A stretch of DNA of 63,958 nucleotides, counting the filler, from Lama guanicoe (Eukaryota), in assembly GCA_013239625.1 (NCBI GenBank). It is 208 parts of 208 records of this genome, joined end to end, with 100 filler letters (N's around TTAATTAATTAA, not from the genome) between each part and the next. Parts side by side here need not be neighbours in the genome. Positions count along the whole stretch, not along the records: positions 1 to 208 come from PNXV01034577.1; positions 309 to 516 come from PNXV01034578.1; positions 617 to 824 come from PNXV01034579.1; positions 925 to 1,132 come from PNXV01034580.1; positions 1,233 to 1,440 come from PNXV01034581.1; positions 1,541 to 1,747 come from PNXV01034582.1; positions 1,848 to 2,055 come from PNXV01034583.1; positions 2,156 to 2,363 come from PNXV01034584.1; 200 more parts are not named here. One strand, 5' to 3'. This document shows, one piece after another, positions 1 to 12,625 of the stretch. The position numbers and the translations under genes were made by a program. The notes beneath the pieces are model-generated. The model did no database searches and was not told the origin of the DNA. It saw only the letters and a list, made by a program, of their open reading frames with translations. Numbering within the stretch: the stretch's first letter is position 1; each line of letters opens with the position of its first letter.

Positions 1-1232
1 ATAAAATGCCTCTACCTCCCATTCCTTTTAACTCCTTTATTGAATTTGCAGTGACCTTTTCATATAAATATTGACAGTAGGGAACATACAAACATTTGAA
101 TTTCTTAATGTTTTAATATTTAAGTTTTAAAAAATCATCAGAGTATAGTTAGTAGAAGCTTTTTAATTTTAACAAATCCTTATTGACAAAATGTGCTAAC
201 TTGGATCCNNNNNNNNNNNNNNNNNNNNNNNNNNNNNNNNNNNNNNNNNNNNTTAATTAATTAANNNNNNNNNNNNNNNNNNNNNNNNNNNNNNNNNNNN
301 NNNNNNNNTGCTCCTCACATGCCTCACCTCTGAGCATCCCAGTCCCACCCTTTCTGTTTTCACGGCTCAGCTGTCCTGAACCTGAGACTCGGTGTCAGTT
401 CGGGGACATTTCCAGCTATTATGTCTCTGCCCCGTTTCCTCTCTTTTTACCGTTTGAAACTGATTCAACACATCTTGGGCCTTTTCACTCTATCTTCTAT
501 TGGCTTTTCATTTATTNNNNNNNNNNNNNNNNNNNNNNNNNNNNNNNNNNNNNNNNNNNNTTAATTAATTAANNNNNNNNNNNNNNNNNNNNNNNNNNNN
601 NNNNNNNNNNNNNNNNGTCATGGAGCCTGTGGGAGTGCCATTGACCACACTAATATGTTACAGTAAACATAAAATGAGGCTCAATGTCTACTGGAAGTCA
701 AATCTCCTGCCGTCCTGGACCTCAGAGTCTATTGGGAATTGAATTCTCCGCCATCTTGGTGCTAATTGGGGTGTTATTCTTTGAATGGTTCTGCCCCGCC
801 TCCTTCCTTTCTGTCCCACCAATGNNNNNNNNNNNNNNNNNNNNNNNNNNNNNNNNNNNNNNNNNNNNTTAATTAATTAANNNNNNNNNNNNNNNNNNNN
901 NNNNNNNNNNNNNNNNNNNNNNNNACTCATAGCAAAGCTAAAATGAGAGAGAGACCAAACTCCCTACTTAAACTTAATGTCAAAAATTTGCATCGACAGT
1001 GTGCTCCATCCAAGTGGTAACTTTTCATAAAAGTCAAGAATATATAAATTATCAAAAATTTCATTTGTCAAGTGAAATCTACTCCCTACTCACCACATTA
1101 GAAGAGGCTGAATATTTCAATTCCTACGCTTTNNNNNNNNNNNNNNNNNNNNNNNNNNNNNNNNNNNNNNNNNNNNTTAATTAATTAANNNNNNNNNNNN
1201 NNNNNNNNNNNNNNNNNNNNNNNNNNNNNNNN

Positions 1233-1392
1233 CCATTTGAAGCTACTATAAAATAATGACTACATTTCTCTGCTGTACAATATATTATTGTTGCTTACTT
1301 TATACATTATAGTTTGTGTCTCTTAATCCCATACCCTATCTCACCCCACTCTCCTTCCCTCTCCCTACTGGTAACCACTAGTTTGTTCTCCA
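1233..1392 (-). mobile_element. L1 3' UTR fragment
   Basis: tagtttgtgtctcttaatcccataccc...ggtaaccactagtttgttctc resembles an antisense laurasiatherian L1 3' end. Confidence 0.75.
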
Positions 1393-1540
1393 TATAATCA
1401 TGCTGATAATAATTCTTAAAAAGAACAAAGTTAAAGTGCCNNNNNNNNNNNNNNNNNNNNNNNNNNNNNNNNNNNNNNNNNNNNTTAATTAATTAANNNN
1501 NNNNNNNNNNNNNNNNNNNNNNNNNNNNNNNNNNNNNNNN

Positions 1541-1747
1541 AATCTGTATTCTATATTCTAAATTCTGTTTTATGAATTCCAGGTTCTAAATTCTGGTTTC
1601 TGCCATATGTAATCTATATTCTATATTCTGTGTTCTACATTTTCTATTCAACAATCTATATTCTGTACTCTGTTCTCTATATTCTAAATTATCTGTTCTA
1701 ATTCCGTGCTCTAAATTTTGGGGTTGGTATTCTTCATTCTATATTCT
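1541..1747 (+). repeat. AT-rich satellite of degenerate 7-bp units (TATTCTA/AATTCTG/TGTTCTA)
   Basis: Periodic TTCT motif throughout; same family at 3080, 41267, 51431 (reverse) and 53587. Confidence 0.9.
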
Positions 1748-3079
1748 NNNNNNNNNNNNNNNNNNNNNNNNNNNNNNNNNNNNNNNNNNNNTTAATTAAT
1801 TAANNNNNNNNNNNNNNNNNNNNNNNNNNNNNNNNNNNNNNNNNNNNGTCCCAGAGGGCAAAGTGACAAGCTAGTGATGGACTGAATGACAAAGTCAAAG
1901 GAGAGAGTGAGAAATCAAACATGATTTTATTCCTATGGCTTTCAGGACTGTTGAGATGCTGGTGTAAGAACGTTCCTTAGAAAAGTATATTAAATTAAAA
2001 GCTCTGTTTTTGTCAAGAGGCTTATCTAACAGACATAACTTAGGTGATAGACAAGNNNNNNNNNNNNNNNNNNNNNNNNNNNNNNNNNNNNNNNNNNNNT
2101 TAATTAATTAANNNNNNNNNNNNNNNNNNNNNNNNNNNNNNNNNNNNNNNNNNNNATTCACATAAGCAAGTTTGTTTCAGAAGTAAAGTCAGGTAACTCC
2201 ATGTATGAAAGGATCACGTGAATACACAGAGCACATCTCGCTTGGAGGAGAGCAAACTTACAGTGTGTGTGCAGGAGAACAGGGGGCCTATAATCTCTGC
2301 CTTTAAACATTTGCAAGGAGGAAGCGGTAGACTTACACTCTGTAATTTCAAAAGCTAAGTCTCNNNNNNNNNNNNNNNNNNNNNNNNNNNNNNNNNNNNN
2401 NNNNNNNTTAATTAATTAANNNNNNNNNNNNNNNNNNNNNNNNNNNNNNNNNNNNNNNNNNNNAAAGGCTAGCCCTTGGAAATACAGGCAATCCTAAACA
2501 CCCTCTTTTTGTCTCTGAGCTTCTTAGCAACCAAACATGAGTAAGGTAGACATTTACCAACTGCGCTGGGGGGAAGAGGGGCCTTTTTCTGGCTCTGAGG
2601 TGTGGGAGAACTTTTTTCCCAGTGACTCCTCCTAGGGGGGACCCTGTCTGATGGCACGCACCACAGCATCCNNNNNNNNNNNNNNNNNNNNNNNNNNNNN
2701 NNNNNNNNNNNNNNNTTAATTAATTAANNNNNNNNNNNNNNNNNNNNNNNNNNNNNNNNNNNNNNNNNNNNCGGGTAGTGCAAAACTCCATCCTTATTAA
2801 CCCAGACTGCATGCCTTCCTTATATCTTCGTCCCGTTTTACCCATTTCTTTTCATTCAACGGAATCTTTCTGTGATGGCGCAGCTTCATTTTAAAGGCTG
2901 ACAGTTACACAGGTCATGAGATAGTTTCCGTAAATTCACGTCCCATAAATCTGTGAATTCTAGGAAACTTCCCTAAGCANNNNNNNNNNNNNNNNNNNNN
3001 NNNNNNNNNNNNNNNNNNNNNNNTTAATTAATTAANNNNNNNNNNNNNNNNNNNNNNNNNNNNNNNNNNNNNNNNNNNN

Positions 3080-3286
3080 TATTCTGTATTCAATATTCTG
3101 CACTCCGTATTCTACATTCCATATTCTGAGTTCTACATTCTATTTTCTAGATATTATATTCAGTATTCTGTATTCTACATTTTAAATTCTGTGCTCTGAA
3201 TTCCATTTTCTAAATTCTGGTTTCTGTATTCTGTTTACTTATTTCTATATTTTGTGTTAAAATTTCCATATTCTGTATTCTATATT
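3080..3286 (+). repeat. AT-rich 7-bp-unit satellite
   Basis: Periodic TATTCTR units; colinear with contig 53587. Confidence 0.9.
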
Positions 3287-3386
3287 NNNNNNNNNNNNNN
3301 NNNNNNNNNNNNNNNNNNNNNNNNNNNNNNTTAATTAATTAANNNNNNNNNNNNNNNNNNNNNNNNNNNNNNNNNNNNNNNNNNNN

Positions 3387-3522
3387 GGGCCAACAGCACC
3401 GGATGCACATATACGAGGAGCAGGAGGCTTGGGGATGGTGGTTCACAAAAGAAAAGTCAGGTTACTATTAGCAGGAGAAAGAGGAGTGGATTCTGGAAGT
3501 CAAAAAGCACAATATCTGCTAG
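3387..3522 (-). mobile_element. Old MaLR LTR (MLT1J/K-like) fragment
   Basis: caaaagaaaagtcaggttactattagcaggagaaagaggagtggattctgg resembles the antisense MLT1 5' end. Confidence 0.45.
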
Positions 3523-4339
3523 AATTTTTGAGGAAGAATTTCCCTTCATCATCTAGCCCAGCTGTCTAATTTTAAGCATGAGGATATTGTAGGTNNNNNN
3601 NNNNNNNNNNNNNNNNNNNNNNNNNNNNNNNNNNNNNNTTAATTAATTAANNNNNNNNNNNNNNNNNNNNNNNNNNNNNNNNNNNNNNNNNNNNTGAGTT
3701 TTTACCTCCACGAGCTGGATTTAGTTCTCACAGTGAATATTACAGAAAAATCCCCTTGTGTTTCTGGTAGGTGGAGGGAAAAAAAAAATAATAAATTAGT
3801 CAAGACCGAATCCCAAATATCTATTCAAATAGTTGCTTGCTTTTATCAAGTCTTATCTTTTTTCTGGATTTTTGCAATATATCCCTCTAAAACCACCAAT
3901 ATNNNNNNNNNNNNNNNNNNNNNNNNNNNNNNNNNNNNNNNNNNNNTTAATTAATTAANNNNNNNNNNNNNNNNNNNNNNNNNNNNNNNNNNNNNNNNNN
4001 NNGGTGTACGTATAACATCCCTCACTTATACACATGCATACACTATTACCTCCACCTTCCTAGTGTTGTAATTTCTGGATAAGCCAAAATTCCATGCTAA
4101 TAATATGATGACTATGCAAACACTGTCACAGCTGTAACTCTGGAGGACAGGGGTTGGGAAAGCTGTGCACAGAGTCCATTGGTAAAATAATATCTAAAAT
4201 TGAAAAAAAANNNNNNNNNNNNNNNNNNNNNNNNNNNNNNNNNNNNNNNNNNNNTTAATTAATTAANNNNNNNNNNNNNNNNNNNNNNNNNNNNNNNNNN
4301 NNNNNNNNNNGTACACTTCTTCCCTAACCGAAGGGAAGT

Positions 4340-4518
4340 GCGTAAACATTGTAGAGGAGAGAAATGTCTTTTCCTTCTCCTCTTCTTGGTTCTCTGCCGG
4401 GGCTCCTGTAACAAAGGACAGAACAACAAGAGAAAAACACACAGAAGGCTATTCACATGAATATCCTACATACATGGGAGAGATTCAGGGAGAGTAGCTT
4501 AAAGGGGGGGCTTAGAAC
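4340..4518. mobile_element. ERV1-type LTR fragment (tentative)
   Basis: cctgtaacaaaggacagaacaacaagagaaaaacac resembles a motif common in ERV1 LTRs. Confidence 0.4.
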
Positions 4519-5254
4519 NNNNNNNNNNNNNNNNNNNNNNNNNNNNNNNNNNNNNNNNNNNNTTAATTAATTAANNNNNNNNNNNNNNNNNNNNNNNNNN
4601 NNNNNNNNNNNNNNNNNNCCCTGGGTCCCACCCACTCAGCAGACCACTTCACCCCCATCCAAGCCGCTGCCAAGTCTCGTCCAGCCAGCACAGCAGCTCC
4701 ATCTCCTGCACCCCACACCTTCTCCCTGGTGGAGCAGGGTGCTGTGGGCTAAATCATGTCACCCGGCCTACATGTCGCCTCTGATGGTGCCCCTGCCCTT
4801 GGGATAAAGCAGTGACCCCCAACTCTNNNNNNNNNNNNNNNNNNNNNNNNNNNNNNNNNNNNNNNNNNNNTTAATTAATTAANNNNNNNNNNNNNNNNNN
4901 NNNNNNNNNNNNNNNNNNNNNNNNNNCACAAGCCACAATGCCCAAATATTTCCTAACACAAAGGGAAATAGTTGGCCATGATGTTCAGAGAGAAGAATTT
5001 GATTCCTCCTGCCAAAGAATTGCCAGAAGGAAGCAAATGGCAACTAAATGTGACACGTGTGTCTATACTGTCTCAGCTGCGTCACGCTTTGAGGACTATC
5101 CAAAAAGCAGTGCTTTCTAAGGAGACAGCTAGAANNNNNNNNNNNNNNNNNNNNNNNNNNNNNNNNNNNNNNNNNNNNTTAATTAATTAANNNNNNNNNN
5201 NNNNNNNNNNNNNNNNNNNNNNNNNNNNNNNNNNGCTGCATATGCTGTCCACTA

Positions 5255-5442
5255 GGGCGGCCGGGGCTAGAGCATGGGCTTCCGAGGTGGCGTCTTCACT
5301 CATGTATGGTGCTCCTTAGCAGCCCTCTCTCATTCCTCATTTCTGTCTCTTTCTCATCACATGCTGCCTCATCCTTCAGAGCCTCTCCATGTAACTTGGA
5401 CTTCTCACAGCATGTGGTGTCAGGGTAGCCTCTTGGTTTACG
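5255..5442 (-). mobile_element. MaLR LTR (MLT1 family) fragment
   Basis: gtcttcactcatgt...gcctctccatgtaacttggacttctcacagcatg...cagggtag is typical antisense MLT1. Confidence 0.7.
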
Positions 5443-5549
5443 NNNNNNNNNNNNNNNNNNNNNNNNNNNNNNNNNNNNNNNNNNNNTTAATTAATTAANN
5501 NNNNNNNNNNNNNNNNNNNNNNNNNNNNNNNNNNNNNNNNNNACATCAA

Positions 5550-5704
5550 GGGGGAGAGGGTACAGCTCAGTGGTCGAGTGTGTGCTTAGCATGCACGAGG
5601 TCGGGGTTCAATCTCCAGTACCTCCATTAAATAAAGTGAATAAATAACCTACTTACCTCCCCCACTAAAAAAAGGGAATAAAAAGAAATTTAAAAAAAAA
5701 AAAA
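5550..5704 (+). mobile_element. tRNA-Ala(AGC)-derived SINE, camelid vic-1-like, near full length
   Basis: A box cagctcagtgg; anticodon arm tgtgc-tt-AGC-at-gcacg (AGC 5588-5590); B box ggttcaatctcc; CCA ending 5626; then AT-rich tail, acttacctccccc and poly-A. Confidence 0.85.
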
Positions 5705-6774
5705 CGATCTATATCCCAAGATATAAAATTAAAGGATCTTTATTTATTAANNNNNNNNNNNNNNNNNNNNNNNNNNNNNNNNNNNNNNNNNNNNTTAATT
5801 AATTAANNNNNNNNNNNNNNNNNNNNNNNNNNNNNNNNNNNNNNNNNNNNCCAGGAGCAGAGAGTGGCAGTTTACCGACACTATCCCTGAGCGGACCGTA
5901 GGTCTCCGCCTGTGATTCTGTGATATTGTGGTGATTCTGGAGCATCTTCTTGTAACTAAACAATGCATAAGTAATTGTGCTTAATTTGGCAGACAAACAT
6001 CAAGACCTCATAAAATATTGATTTAAGATGCAACTATATGTCCGATGAAATGCTGACANNNNNNNNNNNNNNNNNNNNNNNNNNNNNNNNNNNNNNNNNN
6101 NNTTAATTAATTAANNNNNNNNNNNNNNNNNNNNNNNNNNNNNNNNNNNNNNNNNNNNGCCAACATTTAAAGTACTATGTATGTGTTTTTTTACATATAT
6201 ATAAAGTACCTTAAAAAGGTCGACCTTATTAACTAGATACCTGCTTCTTATTATATTCAGAATTCTGAGGATGTGTGTGTCAACCTGAAGTGTGTCCTTG
6301 TGTTGTTTCTGAATAGGAAATAAAACATTTTGAAGTTCTGGTAATAAAACCACTTAAAAGATTTCCNNNNNNNNNNNNNNNNNNNNNNNNNNNNNNNNNN
6401 NNNNNNNNNNTTAATTAATTAANNNNNNNNNNNNNNNNNNNNNNNNNNNNNNNNNNNNNNNNNNNNGCAGGACGAAACCTCAGCTCCTCAGCAGCTGGGC
6501 CATTTCCCTTGTAAAGCCAGACGATCTGGCTCCTTGCCAAGTCTGACACTTGCTCATCTGACAGTGTCCCCTTTATGGTTCGGTATACAACAGTCTGTTT
6601 TCTTTTCCGTCCCAGGGTAGAGCATCCACAGATCAGCACATTAAGCAGGTTTGCATGAGAGTCATGCAAGATAANNNNNNNNNNNNNNNNNNNNNNNNNN
6701 NNNNNNNNNNNNNNNNNNTTAATTAATTAANNNNNNNNNNNNNNNNNNNNNNNNNNNNNNNNNNNNNNNNNNNN

Positions 6775-6792
6775 GTGTGTGTGTGTGTGTGT
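6775..6792. repeat. (GT)n microsatellite at contig start
   Basis: Directly visible. Confidence 0.95.
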
Positions 6793-8006
6793 GCGCGCGC
6801 ACCTGCACATGTTGTGATAAGAGGAGTCACAAGTTGTATTAGAATAAACGGGGAAATGGGAGGGAGAAGGAAGAGAAAATGAAAGATTATATTTCAGGGT
6901 TTTGGGAGCTGAAATTCACAGAAAGCTTTGGAGTCAGTTATCCAGGTTTGGGTTTGTGTGAACTTGAAATACTTTTGGAGACNNNNNNNNNNNNNNNNNN
7001 NNNNNNNNNNNNNNNNNNNNNNNNNNTTAATTAATTAANNNNNNNNNNNNNNNNNNNNNNNNNNNNNNNNNNNNNNNNNNNNTCCCTCCCTGCAGGACCG
7101 GCGCTGCACCAAATTTAGTTTTTTCTTTTTTTCCTCTTAGTGGATTTTGTGAGAATCCTCCTGCATTTCAAAGGGAGAGGCACTCTGCCAGAGTTCAGCA
7201 GGCGTTCTGTGCAATTCAGTGGGTTTGCAGAGGTAATTCTTGGTGTATTTGTGGGAGAGGGCGAGCTGTGGGTCTCCTTACTCCATCATCNNNNNNNNNN
7301 NNNNNNNNNNNNNNNNNNNNNNNNNNNNNNNNNNTTAATTAATTAANNNNNNNNNNNNNNNNNNNNNNNNNNNNNNNNNNNNNNNNNNNNAAAAAAAATT
7401 TCTCAGATAGATTTTCAATATAGTTTTCAAATCACATATTTAAAAGAACATATGATTTTCTGATATAAGGTGAACAAAATTTAAAAACTGTTAAAGATCT
7501 GAAAACAAATTACTAGGATTTGCTTAATTTTTGTTCTAGCTACTTTACAGTCCAAAGGTAAAACCATGCCCATGGCTGAAGCTGGCAGGGAAGGCCGGNN
7601 NNNNNNNNNNNNNNNNNNNNNNNNNNNNNNNNNNNNNNNNNNTTAATTAATTAANNNNNNNNNNNNNNNNNNNNNNNNNNNNNNNNNNNNNNNNNNNNCT
7701 TCTTGTGTGAGACTTCCTTCCCATCCAATTCGTAAATCCTCCCCTAGTATCCTTTACAGACGGTTTCACATTAAGAGCCTATTTTCTTAGGGAATTTTCC
7801 CAGTATCTAATATAAACCTCGACTGCTTCCATCTAAGACAATATAACCTCTAATTTGATGCTCTTTGGACCAACTGAATTTTCTGCAGCATTTTGCCAGC
7901 TTAAACNNNNNNNNNNNNNNNNNNNNNNNNNNNNNNNNNNNNNNNNNNNNTTAATTAATTAANNNNNNNNNNNNNNNNNNNNNNNNNNNNNNNNNNNNNN
8001 NNNNNN

Positions 8007-8213
8007 CAGAGACAGACTCACAGACATAGAGAACAAACTTATGGTTACCAGAGGGGACAGGAGGTGGGCAGGGATAAATTGGGGGTTTGGGACTTGCAGA
8101 TACACACCACTATATATAAAATAGATAAACAATAAGGTCCTACTGTATAACACAGGGAACTATATTCAATACCTTGTAATGGTCTATAATAGAAGAGAAT
8201 ATGAGAAGGAAAA
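8007..8213 (+). mobile_element. Cetartiodactyl-type L1 3' UTR
   Basis: cagactcacagacatagagaacaaacttatggttacc...gggataaattggg...cacagggaactatattcaatacc; homologous to 9546, 17369, 18169, 37571, 55743. Confidence 0.9.
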
Positions 8214-8313
8214 NNNNNNNNNNNNNNNNNNNNNNNNNNNNNNNNNNNNNNNNNNNNTTAATTAATTAANNNNNNNNNNNNNNNNNNNNNNNNNNNNNNN
8301 NNNNNNNNNNNNN

Positions 8314-8521
8314 CCATCTTTGTGAATGTCAATGGCATTTCATTCATCTGGTTTTTCAAACTAGAACTATTAAAGGTATCCTCAGACCCTTCTTCTCCAG
8401 CAATCCCTACATCTAATCTATTGTCAAGTCCTATTCAGATAGCACCTAAATGTGCTTCACATCCATCCAGTTTGTACCATCCCGATGCTGCTGTACCCAT
8501 CTAGAGCCCTCATCATCTCTT
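8314..8521 (+). mobile_element. L2 fragment
   Basis: acatctaatctattgtcaagtcct...cccatctagagccctcatcatctct resembles the L2 ORF2 3' region. Confidence 0.65.
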
Positions 8522-8621
8522 NNNNNNNNNNNNNNNNNNNNNNNNNNNNNNNNNNNNNNNNNNNNTTAATTAATTAANNNNNNNNNNNNNNNNNNNNNNN
8601 NNNNNNNNNNNNNNNNNNNNN

Positions 8622-8829
8622 GGTAAGTAGCGTCTTCTCTCTTTCTTTCCCTAACTAGTCTGGGTAGAGTTCTATCACTTTTATTCATCTTTGGTTTTAT
8701 TTTTGCTCCTCTATTGTTTTTCTCTTTCCTATTTCATTGACTTTTCACTTTGCTATCTATTGTTTCCCTTCTTTTGCTTTCTTTGGATTTAATTTGCTCT
8801 TCTTCTAGTTTTTAAGGTGGAACTGAGGA
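8622..8829 (-). mobile_element. Old L1 ORF2 fragment
   Basis: T-rich antisense L1 motifs (ctagtctggg, ggatttaatttgctcttcttctagtttttaaggtggaa). Confidence 0.7.
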
Positions 8830-8939
8830 NNNNNNNNNNNNNNNNNNNNNNNNNNNNNNNNNNNNNNNNNNNNTTAATTAATTAANNNNNNNNNNNNNNN
8901 NNNNNNNNNNNNNNNNNNNNNNNNNNNNNCTCTAGGGCT

Positions 8940-9010
8940 CTAGGGCTGCTGAGAGGTTTGAATGAGTAGCTGCTTGCTAATCACGTGGCGTAGAGCCAGG
9001 CACAATGGTG
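8940..9010 (+). mobile_element. MIR 3' fragment
   Basis: agggctgctgagaggtttgaatgag...ccaggcaca. Confidence 0.45.
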
Positions 9011-9545
9011 ACAATGGCAGTTGGGATACACTGTTTGTTGTCATTATGAATATTAATTTTCAATTTCTGGAATAGGAAGAAGCATGTAAGGTCTGATTCT
9101 ATCCACTTATCTCACTCACTGGGCTTAAGAAAATCTTNNNNNNNNNNNNNNNNNNNNNNNNNNNNNNNNNNNNNNNNNNNNTTAATTAATTAANNNNNNN
9201 NNNNNNNNNNNNNNNNNNNNNNNNNNNNNNNNNNNNNATTTCCATTTTTAACAGTATCTTCTTCTTACAGGAGAAATGGATTTTTTTGCAGAGAGACTAT
9301 CTCTTTAGAGAACAATCAAAGAAAAAAGAAGTCTCTGCCAGTGAAAGCCATTTGTTAATCTGCTTTCTTGTCAAACCATGATGTACATCATTTCCCTTCA
9401 ACAATATTTAAAATAGGGAGATTCTTTATTTTCTGTCGTCCTAATNNNNNNNNNNNNNNNNNNNNNNNNNNNNNNNNNNNNNNNNNNNNTTAATTAATTA
9501 ANNNNNNNNNNNNNNNNNNNNNNNNNNNNNNNNNNNNNNNNNNNN

Positions 9546-9753
9546 CAGACAGAGAAAGACAAATATCACATGATATCACTTATATGTAGAATCTTAAAAG
9601 ATGAGACAAACGAACTTAAGTACAAAAAGAAACAGAGTCACAGATACAGAAAACATACTTACGGTTGCCAAGGGGGAAAGGGGCAGGGGAGGAATAAATT
9701 AGGAGTTTGGGTTTACAAACCACTATATATAAAATAGATAAACAATAATGTCT
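9546..9753 (+). mobile_element. L1 ORF2 end and 3' UTR
   Basis: cagacagagaaagacaaatatcacatgatatcacttatatgtagaatc. Confidence 0.9.
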
Positions 9754-12009
9754 NNNNNNNNNNNNNNNNNNNNNNNNNNNNNNNNNNNNNNNNNNNNTTA
9801 ATTAATTAANNNNNNNNNNNNNNNNNNNNNNNNNNNNNNNNNNNNNNNNNNNNGGACAGCACAGATTTAGATGATCTTTGCCTACACTACGTTTAAAATC
9901 TAAGCCTTAATTTATAAGTGATAAGGCATAATTTAATAATTTCCTTTTCCATTTACAAATTGTTAAGATGGTAGGTTTGTTAACTACCTACTTTCCTAGT
10001 ATGCCCAGATATTACTTTAGTAATTATTATAAAGCAGTGCCAATTTTCTGGTTGATACTCCNNNNNNNNNNNNNNNNNNNNNNNNNNNNNNNNNNNNNNN
10101 NNNNNTTAATTAATTAANNNNNNNNNNNNNNNNNNNNNNNNNNNNNNNNNNNNNNNNNNNNAGGCGCATCAACTCAGCCTTCCCTACAGCGCCTCCAAGC
10201 CCATTCACCCAGTCCATACCAGCTCCAGCTCTTCTCTCCTCCTGGGGGTCCATTCCAGCTTCCCTGAATATCAGGTATGATTCCTGGAAAGCAGATGAAC
10301 GATAGCCCCCTGACCCCAAGTAATCGCCAAGGCCCTAAAGAACCCAGAAGCAATTCAAAAATAAACAGTNNNNNNNNNNNNNNNNNNNNNNNNNNNNNNN
10401 NNNNNNNNNNNNNTTAATTAATTAANNNNNNNNNNNNNNNNNNNNNNNNNNNNNNNNNNNNNNNNNNNNCTTCCTTTCCTCCAGTCTGGTTTTCAGCCTG
10501 CCTGTGGCATTGATTTACCCTGTCTGTAGACTCTTCCTTTCACTAGTTCACGATAATGTTACATGGGGGCTGTGGAAACTTGCTAGATGACAAGAAAGAC
10601 CAAATCCATTGCATGCTAGTATTTTTAAAGTGTGTTATTCTTTTATCAATTGAAATTAAATCAGGCTGACCCCCTGANNNNNNNNNNNNNNNNNNNNNNN
10701 NNNNNNNNNNNNNNNNNNNNNTTAATTAATTAANNNNNNNNNNNNNNNNNNNNNNNNNNNNNNNNNNNNNNNNNNNNGGTGATGTGGGTACCCAAAGTTA
10801 CAGTCAACTGTCCAGGGAGGGTGAAGACTTGTCATTAAGATACTCTTCCTTAGAGCCTCTAATACAAGTGCTCATTGATTGAGTCCAGGAATGACTGCCT
10901 TGTTTTCTTAAAAATAACAATTAAAACTGTGTTATGTTTATGTAATGCTACATTACTATGCATTTAAGTATGATTTCTTAAAGCANNNNNNNNNNNNNNN
11001 NNNNNNNNNNNNNNNNNNNNNNNNNNNNNTTAATTAATTAANNNNNNNNNNNNNNNNNNNNNNNNNNNNNNNNNNNNNNNNNNNNCTGTGCTCTCGGAGG
11101 AACTTGTACAAAACTCTCAAGCCCCAGCCACCAGGACCGACTGCCTCTCTCATGAATACTTACAAGCTCGCACCCTCTGCTTTCGGCTGTGACCCAGCCA
11201 CCCTCTGCTGCCGCTGCTGTGGCTCCTCCAACAACCATGTCAGAAAAAAAGGAATTGTTTCTAGCGTCTCAGTTCCCCTGGAAGAGAATCCTGNNNNNNN
11301 NNNNNNNNNNNNNNNNNNNNNNNNNNNNNNNNNNNNNTTAATTAATTAANNNNNNNNNNNNNNNNNNNNNNNNNNNNNNNNNNNNNNNNNNNNGAGAAAC
11401 TGAAATGCAAGCTTTCTCAACACCTGTAGCAGAAGAGGTTGGGAAGCACAAATGTAGTAGAATGTTTCAGCTGCTATTTACTAATTTTGGTAAGACAGTA
11501 AATAAAATAGACTATGGTCTATCTGCAAACAAATAAAAGAATGGAAAAATTGGAAATATCAGGGACAAATATTAAGAATAAGAACAAAGTGTGACCATTT
11601 GNNNNNNNNNNNNNNNNNNNNNNNNNNNNNNNNNNNNNNNNNNNNTTAATTAATTAANNNNNNNNNNNNNNNNNNNNNNNNNNNNNNNNNNNNNNNNNNN
11701 NTGCAATTGTAGGCATAATCTCTAAAGTTACCTCTAGAAGAATAAAGTTACTACTGTTAACTCAAGAACACTAAGCTTGTCCTTTTATGTTTCACTCTCT
11801 GAACCAGAAAATGGACAGATAATTCTAAAATAGATAGGAGAGGACTTAAATACCCCTACCAGAATAACTCATAATGTAAATATGTTGAGAAGCACTAAAT
11901 GAAGGGAAANNNNNNNNNNNNNNNNNNNNNNNNNNNNNNNNNNNNNNNNNNNNTTAATTAATTAANNNNNNNNNNNNNNNNNNNNNNNNNNNNNNNNNNN
12001 NNNNNNNNN

Positions 12010-12100
12010 TCAGGATGCTTTTGGAGAGAATTGTTCTACGCATCATTGTAGTTCTGTTTGTGGGAGGAGGTGACCTCAGGGTCTTCTCACTTCACCATTA
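12010..12100 (-). mobile_element. L1 5' region fragment (tentative)
   Basis: gtgggaggaggtgacctcagggtcttctcacttcaccat resembles an antisense L1 5' end. Confidence 0.5.
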
Positions 12101-12625
12101 ATCCCTCTTCCTCTTTAATTTTCTGTAATAGAATAGGCTTCCTTTTAAACACCTGTTTCCAATAATGATGGCGGGAAAGAAACATAAACCAGTTCATTAA
12201 ATGTATCTTAATCTTTTNNNNNNNNNNNNNNNNNNNNNNNNNNNNNNNNNNNNNNNNNNNNTTAATTAATTAANNNNNNNNNNNNNNNNNNNNNNNNNNN
12301 NNNNNNNNNNNNNNNNNAACAGTCTGAGTTCCTGGCGTTGGCAATGATCCTGGCCTCTCCTTGCATAGTGAGGACTGGCCCCTAAACAAAGACAGCAGGG
12401 TCAACTTGGCAGCTCTGACTGCAGCAACACCTCGGGGCTCCCTCATTCCCTCTCTGGACACCCAGCACCACACCCCCTTCTCCCTGAAGAGCTCGGAGAG
12501 GAAGGGCAGGCTCTGCTACTTGCTCNNNNNNNNNNNNNNNNNNNNNNNNNNNNNNNNNNNNNNNNNNNNTTAATTAATTAANNNNNNNNNNNNNNNNNNN
12601 NNNNNNNNNNNNNNNNNNNNNNNNN

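Noticed and set aside
5551..5626. Functional tRNA-Ala gene
   Set aside because: Encoded CCA, disrupted T arm region, SINE tail and poly-A, and no oligo-T terminator indicate a SINE.
5851..5990. Possible minus-strand exon (YKKMLQNHHNITESQAETYGPLRDSV) between tttag and gtaaac
   Set aside because: Weak pyrimidine tract and no recognisable protein.
9238..9400. Acceptor-like cttcttcttacag followed by short frames
   Set aside because: No frame recognised; such motifs are common by chance.
10162..10369. Possible minus-strand exon (GLGDYLGSGGYRSSAFQESY...)
   Set aside because: Splice-like ends are present but no homology is recognised, so it cannot be supported without a search.
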